From Candidatus Latescibacterota bacterium (GTDB lineage: Bacteria; Latescibacterota; CBDEFO01): 64,000 bases of DNA. The notes beneath the pieces are model-generated. The model was not told the DNA's origin, made no database searches, and worked only from the letters and a program-made list of their open reading frames with translations. Where the stretch lies: contig CBDEFO010000006.1 of NCBI GenBank assembly GCA_965237525.1, forward strand, positions 64,001-128,000. Direction: 5' to 3'. Shown piece by piece: positions 39,740 to 49,649 of the stretch; positions within the stretch are counted from its first letter, which is position 1, and each line of letters starts with the position of its first letter. The translations under genes and the position numbers were made by a program.

Positions 39740-41062
39740 CTATTGTGTCCTGCCGAAGTTATCCAGAAAGATCACAAAGTCGGACAGACCAATCTCCCCG
39801 TTACCATCCAAATCGAATATAGAATTAGCTGGAGTAGCCGTCCCCCCGAACACATCCAGAAAACGCACAAAATCAGAGAGATCTACTTCATTATTCCCGT
39901 CGAAATCTCCTGCAATGCCAGGGAGATCAACCGTGCGGGAAAGGTTCAACAACACTGACACAGTATTGCTGCGATTATTAGTCACAGCCAAGTCATTATC
40001 TCCATCGCCATCTAAATCCGTGCTGAAAACTGAACTAGGATTAGACCCTGCGGCATAGTCCACGTGAGGTACAAATGTCCCATCTCCATTATTGAACAGC
40101 ACTGATACGTTAGCGCTAAACCTGTTAGCCGCAACTAAGTCATTATCTCCATCGCCATCTAAATCCGTGCTGAAAACTGAAGTAGGATTAGACCCTGCGG
40201 CATAGTCCACTCTACGCGCAAATGTCCCATCTCCGTTATTTAACAAGACGGATACATTGTTGCTGTTAGAATTCGCCGTAGCTATGTCATTGGCACCATC
40301 GCCATTTAAGTCAGTACTGAAAACTGACAAGGGATCTACTCCGACCCCATAGTCCACTCCGGGTGCAAAGTGCGCATTGCCATTATTCAACAGCACTGAG
40401 ACAGTGTTGCTTCTCCAATTCGCCACAGCTAAGTCATTATCTCCATCGACATCTAAATCCGTGCTGAAAACTGAAAACGGATCAATCCCAACAGGATAGT
40501 CCACCTTAGTGGCAAATTGCCCATCTCCATTATTTAAGAGCACTGACACAGTATCGCTGAACCGATTAGCCACAGCCAGGTCATTATCCCCATCGCCATC
40601 TAAATCCGCAATGAAAAGTGATACCGGCCACTGCCCGGTATCATAGAACACGGGAAGTGCAAACTGCCCATCTCCGTTATTCAACAACACCGATACATTA
40701 TCGCTGCCAAAATTAGTCACAGCTATGTCGTTATCCCCATCCATATCCAAATCCGCGATGAAAAGTGACTGGGGATTGATCCCGGTTTCATAGTCCATCT
40801 TAGATGCGAATTGCCCGTCTCCATTATTCAGGAGCACTGACACGCTGCTATTGATGTACTTTCTTAAGTCGCGATCAAAGGATCCCCAATTCGCTACAGC
40901 CAGGTCCTTGTCCCTATCTCCATCTAAATCCGCGATGAAAAGTGATTCGGGACTATCCCCGGTAGGATAGTTGGTAGCAGGTCCAAAACGATCCTCCGCA
41001 TAGGTGGCCGCATTCAAGGCGACTAACAGCACGAAAGCAGCATAGAGGTTTATCTGATTCAT
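39740..41062 (-). CDS. Secreted FG-GAP/VCBS repeat protein with C-terminal double EF-hand (dockerin-like) tail
   Basis: Signal peptide from MNQINL; seven DLDGDGDNDLAVAN-type repeats; GDFDGNNEVDLSDF and FDLDGNGEIGLSDF. Confidence 0.88.
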   Translation of the reverse strand: MNQINLYAAFVLLVALNAATYAEDRFGPATNYPTGDSPESLFIADLDGDRDKDLAVANWGSFDRDLRKYINSSVSVLLNNGDGQFASKMDYETGINPQSLFIADLDMDGDNDIAVTNFGSDNVSVLLNNGDGQFALPVFYDTGQWPVSLFIADLDGDGDNDLAVANRFSDTVSVLLNNGDGQFATKVDYPVGIDPFSVFSTDLDVDGDNDLAVANWRSNTVSVLLNNGNAHFAPGVDYGVGVDPLSVFSTDLNGDGANDIATANSNSNNVSVLLNNGDGTFARRVDYAAGSNPTSVFSTDLDGDGDNDLVAANRFSANVSVLFNNGDGTFVPHVDYAAGSNPSSVFSTDLDGDGDNDLAVTNNRSNTVSVLLNLSRTVDLPGIAGDFDGNNEVDLSDFVRFLDVFGGTATPANSIFDLDGNGEIGLSDFVIFLDNFGRTQ

Positions 41063-41251
41063 TTTAGGTCTTCTCCCCTTCGGAGTCCATCCAAGCCTTG
41101 GCAAATTCGCGTCACTTTCCATATGTGAATCGAGTAAGAATATACCTTCTACTGACGCCAAAATCAAGATAATCCCTCAATTTTTTTGTTGCGAAAGCCG
41201 AAATTTGTAGTATATTATATATCTTACCCACAGTTAGGCGGTGATGGACTT

Positions 41252-41971
41252 ATGCCCGAGATCGCTGAGAATCTAAAGAGGGTCCAGGACAGGATAGCCG
41301 AAGCCGCGGGGCGCTCAGGGCGGTCGTTCGATGACATCACGCTTGTGGCCGTGTCCAAAACAAAGACGGCACGGGAAATAGAGGAAGCTCTAAAGGCCGG
41401 AGTTGGGATCATAGGCGAAAACAGGGTCCAGGAAGCCGAAAGCAAGTGGAGCGCCATCAGCAAAGATAGTTGTGGCGAAAATTCGCCCGTAAGCTGGCAT
41501 CTGGTGGGACACCTCCAGAGAAACAAGGTTAAGAAAGCTCTACAGATCTTCGACCTTATACACTCGATGGAAAGCATAAGACTCGCCCGTGAAACAGACG
41601 AAAAAGCAAAAGCTATGGGAGTGGTCGCCCCTGCCCTGGTCCAGGTCAACACCTCAGGGGAGGAGACCAAATTCGGACTCGAACCTGAGGAAGTCATTGA
41701 TTTCTTGGGAGCTATAAGCAGATTTGATAACCTGAAGATAAAAGGATTGATGACAATGGGGGCGTTCCTTCCGAACCCGGAAGATGTGCGACCCTGCTTT
41801 GTGAACCTGAGGAAACTAAAAGAAGAAGTCCAAAGAGCACATATCCCCCACACAGATATGGAGCTCCTCTCTATGGGAATGACGGCGGATTATGAAGTCG
41901 CAATCGAGGAAGGCTCCAATATGGTCAGGATAGGAACTGCGATATTTGGCTCAAGACAGCTAAACACGTAG
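41252..41971 (+). CDS. yggS: PLP homeostasis protein YggS
   Basis: LVAVSKT, GENRVQE, WHLVGHLQRNK, LSMGMTADY..AIEEGS.MVRIG. Confidence 0.95.
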   Translation: MPEIAENLKRVQDRIAEAAGRSGRSFDDITLVAVSKTKTAREIEEALKAGVGIIGENRVQEAESKWSAISKDSCGENSPVSWHLVGHLQRNKVKKALQIFDLIHSMESIRLARETDEKAKAMGVVAPALVQVNTSGEETKFGLEPEEVIDFLGAISRFDNLKIKGLMTMGAFLPNPEDVRPCFVNLRKLKEEVQRAHIPHTDMELLSMGMTADYEVAIEEGSNMVRIGTAIFGSRQLNT

Positions 41972-42166
41972 CCAGAGGAGATAGCTTAGCCCATTTTGTG
42001 GGCTTCTGCCTCCCCAAGAGAGCGGGCACGGCGCCTTGCAATAAAACGGTCCGTTTTCGGCTTTTGGTCATTGCTAGGGGAACTGGTCCCGAAACAATCT
42101 CATAGACAGAGCACCTCCCCCATTCCCCGCAAATGGAAAAGGTGAGAGTAACGGAAGAAAAACAAA

Positions 42167-42451
42167 ATGTTTGATCTTAGAGGCTTTTTCTACGGATTTA
42201 TTGGGATCATCGACAGTATTTTACATCTTTATATGTGGATAATAATTATCCGTGCCCTTGTCTCTTGGGTGAATCCCGATCCCTATAACCCGATAGTCCA
42301 ATTTCTATACAACATAACAGAACCGGCACTGTCGTTCGTAAGACGGCAGTTCCCAAGACTCTTGTGGGGCACGGGAATAGACCTTTCGCCGATAATCGTC
42401 ATTGTCGCTATATACGTGATACAACTCATCTTGCGATCCATAACCATTTAG
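42167..42451 (+). CDS. yggT: YggT-family membrane protein
   Basis: IIRALVSWVNPDPYNPIVQFL..ITEP; IDLSPII. Confidence 0.93.
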   Translation: MFDLRGFFYGFIGIIDSILHLYMWIIIIRALVSWVNPDPYNPIVQFLYNITEPALSFVRRQFPRLLWGTGIDLSPIIVIVAIYVIQLILRSITI

Positions 42452-42530
42452 CATACAGTGAACGGGGAGGGGTGAAGTGCCCCTGTCTACTGTGTACTGT
42501 CTACTGTCTACTTAAACAAGAGGTGCTACC

Positions 42531-43118
42531 TTGAAGATTACTCCTTTGGACATAAGGAAGCAGGAGTTTAGAAAGGCCCTCCGCGGGTTCGATAAAGAAG
42601 AGGTTATGGCCTTTTTAGAGATAGTCGCAGACGAGTTTGAAAGACTAAATCAAGAGAACGCCACCCTTCAAGAAGGCGCGAGTGTCCTCGAGTCGGCCAT
42701 CGAAGAGTACAGGAAGATGGAAAAGACCCTTCAAGAGACCCTGCTTACGGCTCAAGCTACGTCAGAGGAGACGCGGCAGAACGCAAAAAAAGAGGCGGAA
42801 CTGATAGTTAAAGAGGCCCAGGGAGAAGCCCAAGATATTATCAAAAAGTCCGAACACAAAGGGAACGAATTGATAGATGAAGCCGAGGAAAAAGCAAGGA
42901 AAATCGAAAGAGAAGGCGCGGATATTGAAACTAAACTCGAAAGGGACATTATGGAGCTTAAGCGATATAGAAACTCCCTTACGGCCAAGTTAAAGTCCCA
43001 TCTGAGCGGTCAATTAGAACTTTTAGAATCTAACTTCAATGACGAACAGGGAATGGAGACTCTCACCGAACCTACGGACGAAGTGTCCTTAACTGAAGCC
43101 CAAGACGAAGAGACATGA
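42531..43118 (+). CDS. divIVA: DivIVA domain protein
   Basis: ITPLDIRKQEF.KALRGFDKEEV..FL plus coiled coil; TTG start after GAGGTG. Confidence 0.9.
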   Translation: MKITPLDIRKQEFRKALRGFDKEEVMAFLEIVADEFERLNQENATLQEGASVLESAIEEYRKMEKTLQETLLTAQATSEETRQNAKKEAELIVKEAQGEAQDIIKKSEHKGNELIDEAEEKARKIEREGADIETKLERDIMELKRYRNSLTAKLKSHLSGQLELLESNFNDEQGMETLTEPTDEVSLTEAQDEET

Positions 43119-43384
43119 CCGCCCCAATAAGGCTGAACGTAAAGGTTCTGCCACGTTCTTCAAGGGATCAAATCGTAGGGAAGGACAAAGACGGAACTTT
43201 GAAAATTAAGGTCACCGCTCCTCCGAGGGATGGCAAGGCAAACAGCAAAGTCCTAAACTTGCTTTCCAAAGAGCTGAATATCCCAAAATCGAAGATCTCC
43301 ATAGTATCGGGTCAAAATAGCCGCGACAAAGTTATAGAGATAGTAGGGGCGAGGTTCCCTCGCCCAGTAGACAGCAAACAGTAG
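43115..43384 (+). CDS. yggU: DUF167 / YggU protein
   Basis: VKVLPRSS, APPRDGKAN, IVSGQNSRDK. Confidence 0.9.
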   Translation: MTAPIRLNVKVLPRSSRDQIVGKDKDGTLKIKVTAPPRDGKANSKVLNLLSKELNIPKSKISIVSGQNSRDKVIEIVGARFPRPVDSKQ

Positions 43385-43411
43385 AGAGTAGACAGGGAAA
43401 GGCAAAAGACA

Positions 43412-43635
43412 GTAGGGGCGTGGGCACTTCGTGCTTTGCTGTCTCCACTCCCCAGCAAAGCGCCCACGGCGCCTCACCCAGCAGACAGGGAGATTGCTTC
43501 GTCAGACAGGAATGTCCGACCCACCAGGTTTTTCCTCTTGCAATGACTGAAGATCGAAGCCAAACGATGTCATTGCCAGCTGAAGCCCAGAGCCTTTAGC
43601 CCAGAGCGAAACGAATGGTCAGCCAAGCAATTCCT
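43412..43635. repeat. Composite REP region related to 5034-5305
   Basis: GTAGGGGCGTGGGCACTTC; AGATTGCTTCG...GCAATGAC; GTCATTGC...AAGCAAT. Confidence 0.65.
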
Positions 43636-43648
43636 ATAGAAGGACTAA

Positions 43649-44470
43649 ATGACAGATTTAAGAAGACACATAAACAAAGCGCTCGAATTAATCCGTACCA
43701 AGACTGACTCTACTCCCTCTGTAGGCATAATTTTGGGCACGGGCCTGGGTGCCCTTGCCGATGAGATAGAGCGGGAACTTGCGATCCCCTACCAGGAGAT
43801 ACCTCACTTCCCTATCTCAACGGTTGAGACCCACAGTGGGAGACTCATCTTCGGAATGCTATCGGGAAAAAGCATCGTGGCTATGCAGGGCAGGTTCCAC
43901 TACTACGAAGGCTATACGATGAAGCAGATAACCTTCCCTGTAAGGGTGATGAAAGCGCTCGGTGCAGAGACACTCATCGTATCCAACGCCTGCGGGGGGA
44001 TGAATCCACAGTTTTCAGTTGGCGATATTATGATCATAGCCGACCACATAAATCTCTTGGGCGACAACCCCCTTATTGGACTCAACGACGACGAACTTGG
44101 CCCCAGATTCCCCGATATGTCCGAGCCCTACTCAAGAGAACTGATCTGTCTATCAGAAAGAATCGCAATAGATGAGAAGATCAAATACCAGAAGGGCGTC
44201 TACGTAGCAGTCCCCGGCCCTAATCTGGAGACCGCCGCAGAATACAGATTTCTAAGGTCCATAGGCGCAGATGTTGTAGGTATGTCCACAGTCCCTGAGG
44301 ACATCGTGGCTGTCCATTCGGGAATGAGGGTGCTAGGATTTTCCATCATCACGGACTCATGCCTTCCAGATGCCCTGAGGCCTGCAGACATCAAAAAGAT
44401 CATAAAGGTGGCAAACGAAGCTGAGCCAAAGCTCACAAGGCTGATGAAAAGGGTGATAGAGGAACTTTAA
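43649..44470 (+). CDS. punA: Purine nucleoside phosphorylase (family 2)
   Basis: ILGTGLG, QGRFHYYEG, SNACGG, GPNLET.AEY, VGMSTVPE. Confidence 0.93.
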   Translation: MTDLRRHINKALELIRTKTDSTPSVGIILGTGLGALADEIERELAIPYQEIPHFPISTVETHSGRLIFGMLSGKSIVAMQGRFHYYEGYTMKQITFPVRVMKALGAETLIVSNACGGMNPQFSVGDIMIIADHINLLGDNPLIGLNDDELGPRFPDMSEPYSRELICLSERIAIDEKIKYQKGVYVAVPGPNLETAAEYRFLRSIGADVVGMSTVPEDIVAVHSGMRVLGFSIITDSCLPDALRPADIKKIIKVANEAEPKLTRLMKRVIEEL

Positions 44471-44471
44471 G

Positions 44472-44795
44472 ATGGACGAGACTCTGACAAAATTGACAAA
44501 TCTGGAGAAGATATATGAAAGCGGCCTCGGAGATGATCGCCTTTCCATCGTTGTAGATAAGATTGTCGCCGATCAGATTCAGAAATGTAAGGAGGACATA
44601 AGGACCCTTGAGGGCGACTTAAAAATCTTTGAAGAAAAATATTCTATGGACTCAGATACATTCTACGATCAATGGCAAAAGGGAAATTTGAACGATAATG
44701 CGGACTTCTTCGAGTGGTCTGCGCTTTACCAGATGGGCGCAAGGACGACTAAAAGACTTGGGCTCTTGAAGAACAAGAATGATGCCGCCACTTGA
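44472..44795 (+). CDS. Putative antitoxin-like protein paired with a DUF6516-like gene
   Basis: FEEKYSMDSDTFY..WQKG.L.D.ADFFEW motif; overlaps the downstream DUF6516-like gene. Confidence 0.6.
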   Translation: MDETLTKLTNLEKIYESGLGDDRLSIVVDKIVADQIQKCKEDIRTLEGDLKIFEEKYSMDSDTFYDQWQKGNLNDNADFFEWSALYQMGARTTKRLGLLKNKNDAAT

Positions 44796-45196
44796 ACTTG
44801 ACAACTACTTTCAGGAAGTAAAGCTACGTTGATCACAAGTGATATAATCCAAAGTTACGATATAATAAAGGAGAGACTTACTGCAACAGACGGTTTTTTA
44901 AGAGTCAGAGCAAATCTCATAAATAGCGATTTGATAGAGTTTTCCGAGTATTGTATTGCTGAAGGTGGTGAGGTAAGGACCCCCGAATCAGAATTGAGTA
45001 CACCTTTCATTGGCAGGACTCAAAAGGCAATATTATAAAACGTTGGGATAACGCCCCGGATCACCCAGGACTTCATAATTTCCCGTATCATATCCATAAT
45101 GGAAGTGATGAAAATGTCCTCCCCCATCAGATGCTTAATAAGCAAACTTTGTCCTTAATAGATAGTATGGAAAACCAATATCGTGGCAAGCGTTGA
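44779..45196 (+). pseudogene. DUF6516 (TumE-like) toxin, frameshifted twice
   Basis: YTFHWQDSKG..IKRWDNAPDHP.L.NFPYHIH lies in a different frame from the N-terminal pieces; shifts near 44829 and 44995. Confidence 0.65.
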
Positions 45197-45244
45197 TGAG
45201 ATCGCTTATAACATACTTAATCGCAAGGTAACGAGGAACCACAG

Positions 45245-48200
45245 ATGTTCAAAGAACTTCCAGGCGAATTAGACTTCCCCAAAATGGAACGCCGCATCTT
45301 AAAGTTTTGGAGCCAAACTGATGCGTTCAATAAACTAAGAGAAAAAAATAGAGGAAACAAACGCTTCTCATTTTTGGACGGCCCCATAACTGCCAATAAC
45401 CCTATGGGCGTGCATCATGCATGGGGAAGGACATATAAAGACATATTCCAGCGCTACAAAGCTATGCAGGGCTGCGACCAGAGATACCAAAACGGATTCG
45501 ACTGCCAGGGACTGTGGGTCGAAGTCGAAGTCGAAAAGGAACTCGGCTTCAACTCCAAGCTGGACATCGAAAAATACGGCATCGCGAATTTCGTCCAAAA
45601 GTGCAAAGAGCGCGTACGAAAATATGCAGCTATACAGACGCAAGAATCGGTAAGACTCGGCTACTGGATGGACTGGGACAACTCCTACTACACTATGTCA
45701 GACAAGAACAACTACTCCATATGGCACTTCCTGAAAAAGTGCCACCAAAATGGATGGATATACAAGGGCACCGACGTGATGCCCTGGTGCCCACGGTGCG
45801 GCACAGCCCTGTCTGAGCACGAAATCGTCACCGAAGGTTACAAGGAAATTGCCCACAGGAGCCCATACGTCAAGTTCACGCTTAAGGATAGACCGAACGA
45901 ACACCTTTTAGTGTGGACAACCACGCCCTGGACGCTCACATCCAACGTCGCAGCCGCAGTCCATCCTGAGATGACTTACGTCAAGGTAAAGCAGGGCGAC
46001 GATTACTACTACCTTGCCAGAAGCAGATTGGATGCCTCCATAGATGGAGACTTTAAGGTCGTCGAGGAGATGCCCGGACGTAAGCTCTCAGGTCTGACCT
46101 ACAGTGGCCCCTTCGACGACCTTCCCAGGCAAAATGGAGTAGAGCACAGAGTCATAGCATGGAAGGAAGTGAGCGAAACTGAGGGCACAGGCATCGTCCA
46201 CATCGCTCCCGGATGCGGTAAAGAGGACTTCGCCCTTAGCAAAGAGCACGATCTTGAGGTCATAGCCCCATTAGATGAATTCGGAAACTACATCGCAGGC
46301 TTCGAGTGGCTTGTGGACAAGAACGCGCAGGATACAAGCGAAAAGATTATAGAAGACCTGCAAAAGAGGGGCATTCTTTACAAAGTCGAGGACTACACAC
46401 ACCGCTATCCTGTATGCTGGAGATGCGACAGCGAGCTCGTTTTCAGGCTCGTAGATGAGTGGTTCATATATATGGACGAGCTCAGATACAAGATAATGGA
46501 CGTATCCAAAAAGATAAGATGGATACCCGACTTCGGTCTGGAAAGGGAACTGGATTGGCTCAAAAATATGCACGACTGGTGCATCTCTAAAAAGAGGTAC
46601 TGGGGATTGGCTCTACCAATATACGAATGCGACTGCGGACACTTCGACGTAATTGGCTCAAAAGAGGAATTAGAGGAAAGGGCCGTCGGAGGATGGGAGG
46701 ATTTTGAGGGCAATAGCCCGCACAGACCCTGGGTGGACGCAGTGGTGATTGAGTGCCGGAGGTGCAAGAAGAAGGTCTCTCGCATAAAGGACGTGGGCAA
46801 CCCCTGGCTGGACGCCGGAATAGTTGCCTACTCGACGCTCAACTACAGAGGCGACAGGGAATACTGGGACAGGTGGTTCCCCGCAGACTTCATAACAGAA
46901 TCGTTTGCGGGACAGTTCAGAAACTGGTTCTACTCCCTTCTGGCAATGAGCACTGTCCTGGAAAATAGAGAGCCCTTCAGGACCGTCCTCGGACACGCTC
47001 AGGTGCGGGACGAACGCAGCGAGGAGATGCACAAAAGCAAAGGCAATGCTATATGGTTCAAAGACGCCGCAGAAAAGATGGGCGTGGACGTTATGAGATG
47101 GATATTTTCCCTCCAAAACCCGGTCATAAACCTCAACTTCGGCTACTCTGCAGGGGATGATGCCAAACGCGAACTTCTGACGCTCTGGAACACGGTTAAG
47201 TTCTTCATAACTTACGCCAATTTAGATAAATACGACCCGAAAAGGGAATCCCCACCTGTAGACCAAAGGCACCTTTTAGACAGGTGGATAATATCCAAGC
47301 TGAACCTCTTGATCTTTGACTCCGTCAAGTCCATGGATGACTACAACACAGCCTCCGTGGTCAGAGGCGCCCGGGACTTTATAGATGAGCTTTCTAACTG
47401 GTACGTAAGGAGGAGCAGGAGGAGATTCTGGAAGAGCGAGAACGACACCGATAAACTTGCCGCATACACCACCCTCTACGAGTCCATCTCGACCCTGTCA
47501 AAGATATTGGCCCCCGTGCTCCCGTTCCTCTCAGAGGAAATATACCAGTCGGCAGTCCGTTTTGATAACGGGAACATCCCCGAAAGCGTCCACCACTGCG
47601 AATACCCCAGGCCCGACGAGAGTCTGATAGAGGCAGATTTAATGGACCAGATGAGAGCAGCGATCCGGGTCACGGGACTCGGAAGATCGATCAGAAATAA
47701 CACCCAACTGAAGATAAGACAGCCCCTGAGCGAATTTCTGATCGTCTTCAAAGACGAGGCTACAACCGACGGCCTCGGAAACTTAGAAGGGATCGTCAAA
47801 GACGAACTCAACGTCAAAGAGATAAAGATACTGGATGATCCGGTGGATTTAGTCCGTTACTCTATAAAGCCCAACTTCAGCGCCCTGGGTCCCAAATACG
47901 GAAACTTAATGCCCAAAATAAAGGCCGCTTTGGAAAGTGTGGACGGTTCTGATGCCGTCGATAGGCTCAAATCGGGCTCGGATATACAGATAGAAGTCGG
48001 AGGGGAAAAGATAACTATAACCCCCGAGGAAGCTGAGGTGGAGATTTCCCCCAGGGAGGGCATGGCTGTGGCTGAGGATCAGAGCTTCCTTGTGGCCCTG
48101 GACACCAGACTTTCGGACGGACTGATCTCTGAAGGATTTGCAAGGGAATTTGTACACAAGGTCCAGAATATGCGAAAAGCCTGTGACTTTGAGGTCTCAG

Positions 48201-48424
48201 ATAGAATAAAGATCAAATATAGATCAAGCGACAAATTCAAAAGTGCAATAGCGAACTTTGGGGAGTATATAAAGACTGAAACACTATGCATAAATTTGGA
48301 AGCCTGTGACGTACACGGATTGGGCGCCCCACAGAAGGTGGGCGCCCCACCTTGCGGGGATTCGGTCCAAAAGGAAAACGTAAATGGGCAAGACGTAATA
48401 ATCTCTGTAGAGCGCATCTTGTAG
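45245..48424 (+). CDS. ileS: Isoleucine--tRNA ligase, type 2 (eukaryote-like)
   Basis: DGPITAN, GFDCQGL, WTTTPWTL, GTGIVHIAP, DWCISKKRYWG; 1059 aa. Confidence 0.97.
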   Translation: MFKELPGELDFPKMERRILKFWSQTDAFNKLREKNRGNKRFSFLDGPITANNPMGVHHAWGRTYKDIFQRYKAMQGCDQRYQNGFDCQGLWVEVEVEKELGFNSKLDIEKYGIANFVQKCKERVRKYAAIQTQESVRLGYWMDWDNSYYTMSDKNNYSIWHFLKKCHQNGWIYKGTDVMPWCPRCGTALSEHEIVTEGYKEIAHRSPYVKFTLKDRPNEHLLVWTTTPWTLTSNVAAAVHPEMTYVKVKQGDDYYYLARSRLDASIDGDFKVVEEMPGRKLSGLTYSGPFDDLPRQNGVEHRVIAWKEVSETEGTGIVHIAPGCGKEDFALSKEHDLEVIAPLDEFGNYIAGFEWLVDKNAQDTSEKIIEDLQKRGILYKVEDYTHRYPVCWRCDSELVFRLVDEWFIYMDELRYKIMDVSKKIRWIPDFGLERELDWLKNMHDWCISKKRYWGLALPIYECDCGHFDVIGSKEELEERAVGGWEDFEGNSPHRPWVDAVVIECRRCKKKVSRIKDVGNPWLDAGIVAYSTLNYRGDREYWDRWFPADFITESFAGQFRNWFYSLLAMSTVLENREPFRTVLGHAQVRDERSEEMHKSKGNAIWFKDAAEKMGVDVMRWIFSLQNPVINLNFGYSAGDDAKRELLTLWNTVKFFITYANLDKYDPKRESPPVDQRHLLDRWIISKLNLLIFDSVKSMDDYNTASVVRGARDFIDELSNWYVRRSRRRFWKSENDTDKLAAYTTLYESISTLSKILAPVLPFLSEEIYQSAVRFDNGNIPESVHHCEYPRPDESLIEADLMDQMRAAIRVTGLGRSIRNNTQLKIRQPLSEFLIVFKDEATTDGLGNLEGIVKDELNVKEIKILDDPVDLVRYSIKPNFSALGPKYGNLMPKIKAALESVDGSDAVDRLKSGSDIQIEVGGEKITITPEEAEVEISPREGMAVAEDQSFLVALDTRLSDGLISEGFAREFVHKVQNMRKACDFEVSDRIKIKYRSSDKFKSAIANFGEYIKTETLCINLEACDVHGLGAPQKVGAPPCGDSVQKENVNGQDVIISVERIL

Positions 48425-48571
48425 TCTTTAACAGAACAAGTAGAGAGTGGACAGAGAGCCTCTCTATTGGCTGTACGTTATCAATTTGTAGACTATCCAT
48501 TCAACATTAACAGAAAGGGGAAGGGCATTCCCTCTGCCAACTAAAGCAGACAGTTTTTACGCCCAGTCTTT

Positions 48572-48943
48572 ATGAACAAGAAACACCTGCAACACTTCAA
48601 AGAGCTCCTAATAGCCAGAAAGAACGAAATAACCGAACAGTTGGGAGCCATGGAAGACTCCGTAAAGGGAAACGCCAGAGACTCCTCAGCGGACCAATCT
48701 TCGTATTCCTGGCACATGGCTGACCAGGGCACAGATGCAATGAAAAAAGAAATGACCTCGCACTTCGTGTCGCTGGACGGCAACTACCTGCACCATTTGG
48801 AGCAGGCGCTCGAACGGATAGAAGAGGGGACCTTCGGAGCATGTGTAGTATGCGGCCAGGAAATTGGCAAAGACAGGCTCGAAGTTGTCGCTCACACCAC
48901 CAAGTGTATAAAGTGCAAATCTGAGGAGGAAAAAAGTAGATAG
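48572..48943 (+). CDS. dksA: TraR/DksA C4 zinc-finger protein
   Basis: HMADQGTD, ALERIEEGTFGACVVC...CIKC. Confidence 0.88.
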   Translation: MNKKHLQHFKELLIARKNEITEQLGAMEDSVKGNARDSSADQSSYSWHMADQGTDAMKKEMTSHFVSLDGNYLHHLEQALERIEEGTFGACVVCGQEIGKDRLEVVAHTTKCIKCKSEEEKSR

Positions 48944-49115
48944 TAGGGGCAATCCCAATCATCAGTGGACAGGGAGATGTCGCAACTAGCCACGAAGTGG
49001 GACGGGTGGGGCGGCTGATGGCAACAACCTGTGAAGTGATCCGCCCGATCTATCCGTATTGTAGGGCATACACGCGAGTCTTCCCCTACTACACGCTATC
49101 TACTGTCTACTTGCC

Positions 49116-49649
49116 ATGAGGGAAAAAGCAGAAAATATATCAGACGCTTTCTGGGTCTTTTTGGCAACGCTTATTTTGGATCAGCTGTCCAAAGTAATCG
49201 TCTCAAAGTATATGAGACCCGGTGATTCGATTAGCGTCATCGGGGACCTTTTCAAACTCACCTACGTCTATAACGAGGGGGCCGCCTTCGGATTGTCCCT
49301 TGGAGGAAATACCGTACACATCGTCTTGTCGGCCTTTGCCATAATCTTCGTATGTTTTCTGATATGGCGCCCCACAACGGATCGAGGCACCACCCAAATA
49401 GCGCTCTCTATGATCCTAGGCGGCGCCTTGGGCAATTTGATAGACAGGATCAGACTCTCAAGAGTTATTGACTTTCTGGATGTAGGCATAAACGATGTAA
49501 GATGGTACATCTTTAATATGGCCGATATGTGGGTCACAGCGGGCGTTATCCTCCTGGCCGCCGTTTACTTTGTAAGGAAGGACGTGGAGGATGGGGAAAA
49601 AAACAGAGCTCCAAGTATCAAAGAACCAGTGCAGAGGGATACGACTTGA
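49116..49649 (+). CDS. lspA: Lipoprotein signal peptidase II
   Basis: DQLSK, NEGAAFG, GGALGNLIDR, VIDF, FNMAD. Confidence 0.95.
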   Translation: MREKAENISDAFWVFLATLILDQLSKVIVSKYMRPGDSISVIGDLFKLTYVYNEGAAFGLSLGGNTVHIVLSAFAIIFVCFLIWRPTTDRGTTQIALSMILGGALGNLIDRIRLSRVIDFLDVGINDVRWYIFNMADMWVTAGVILLAAVYFVRKDVEDGEKNRAPSIKEPVQRDTT

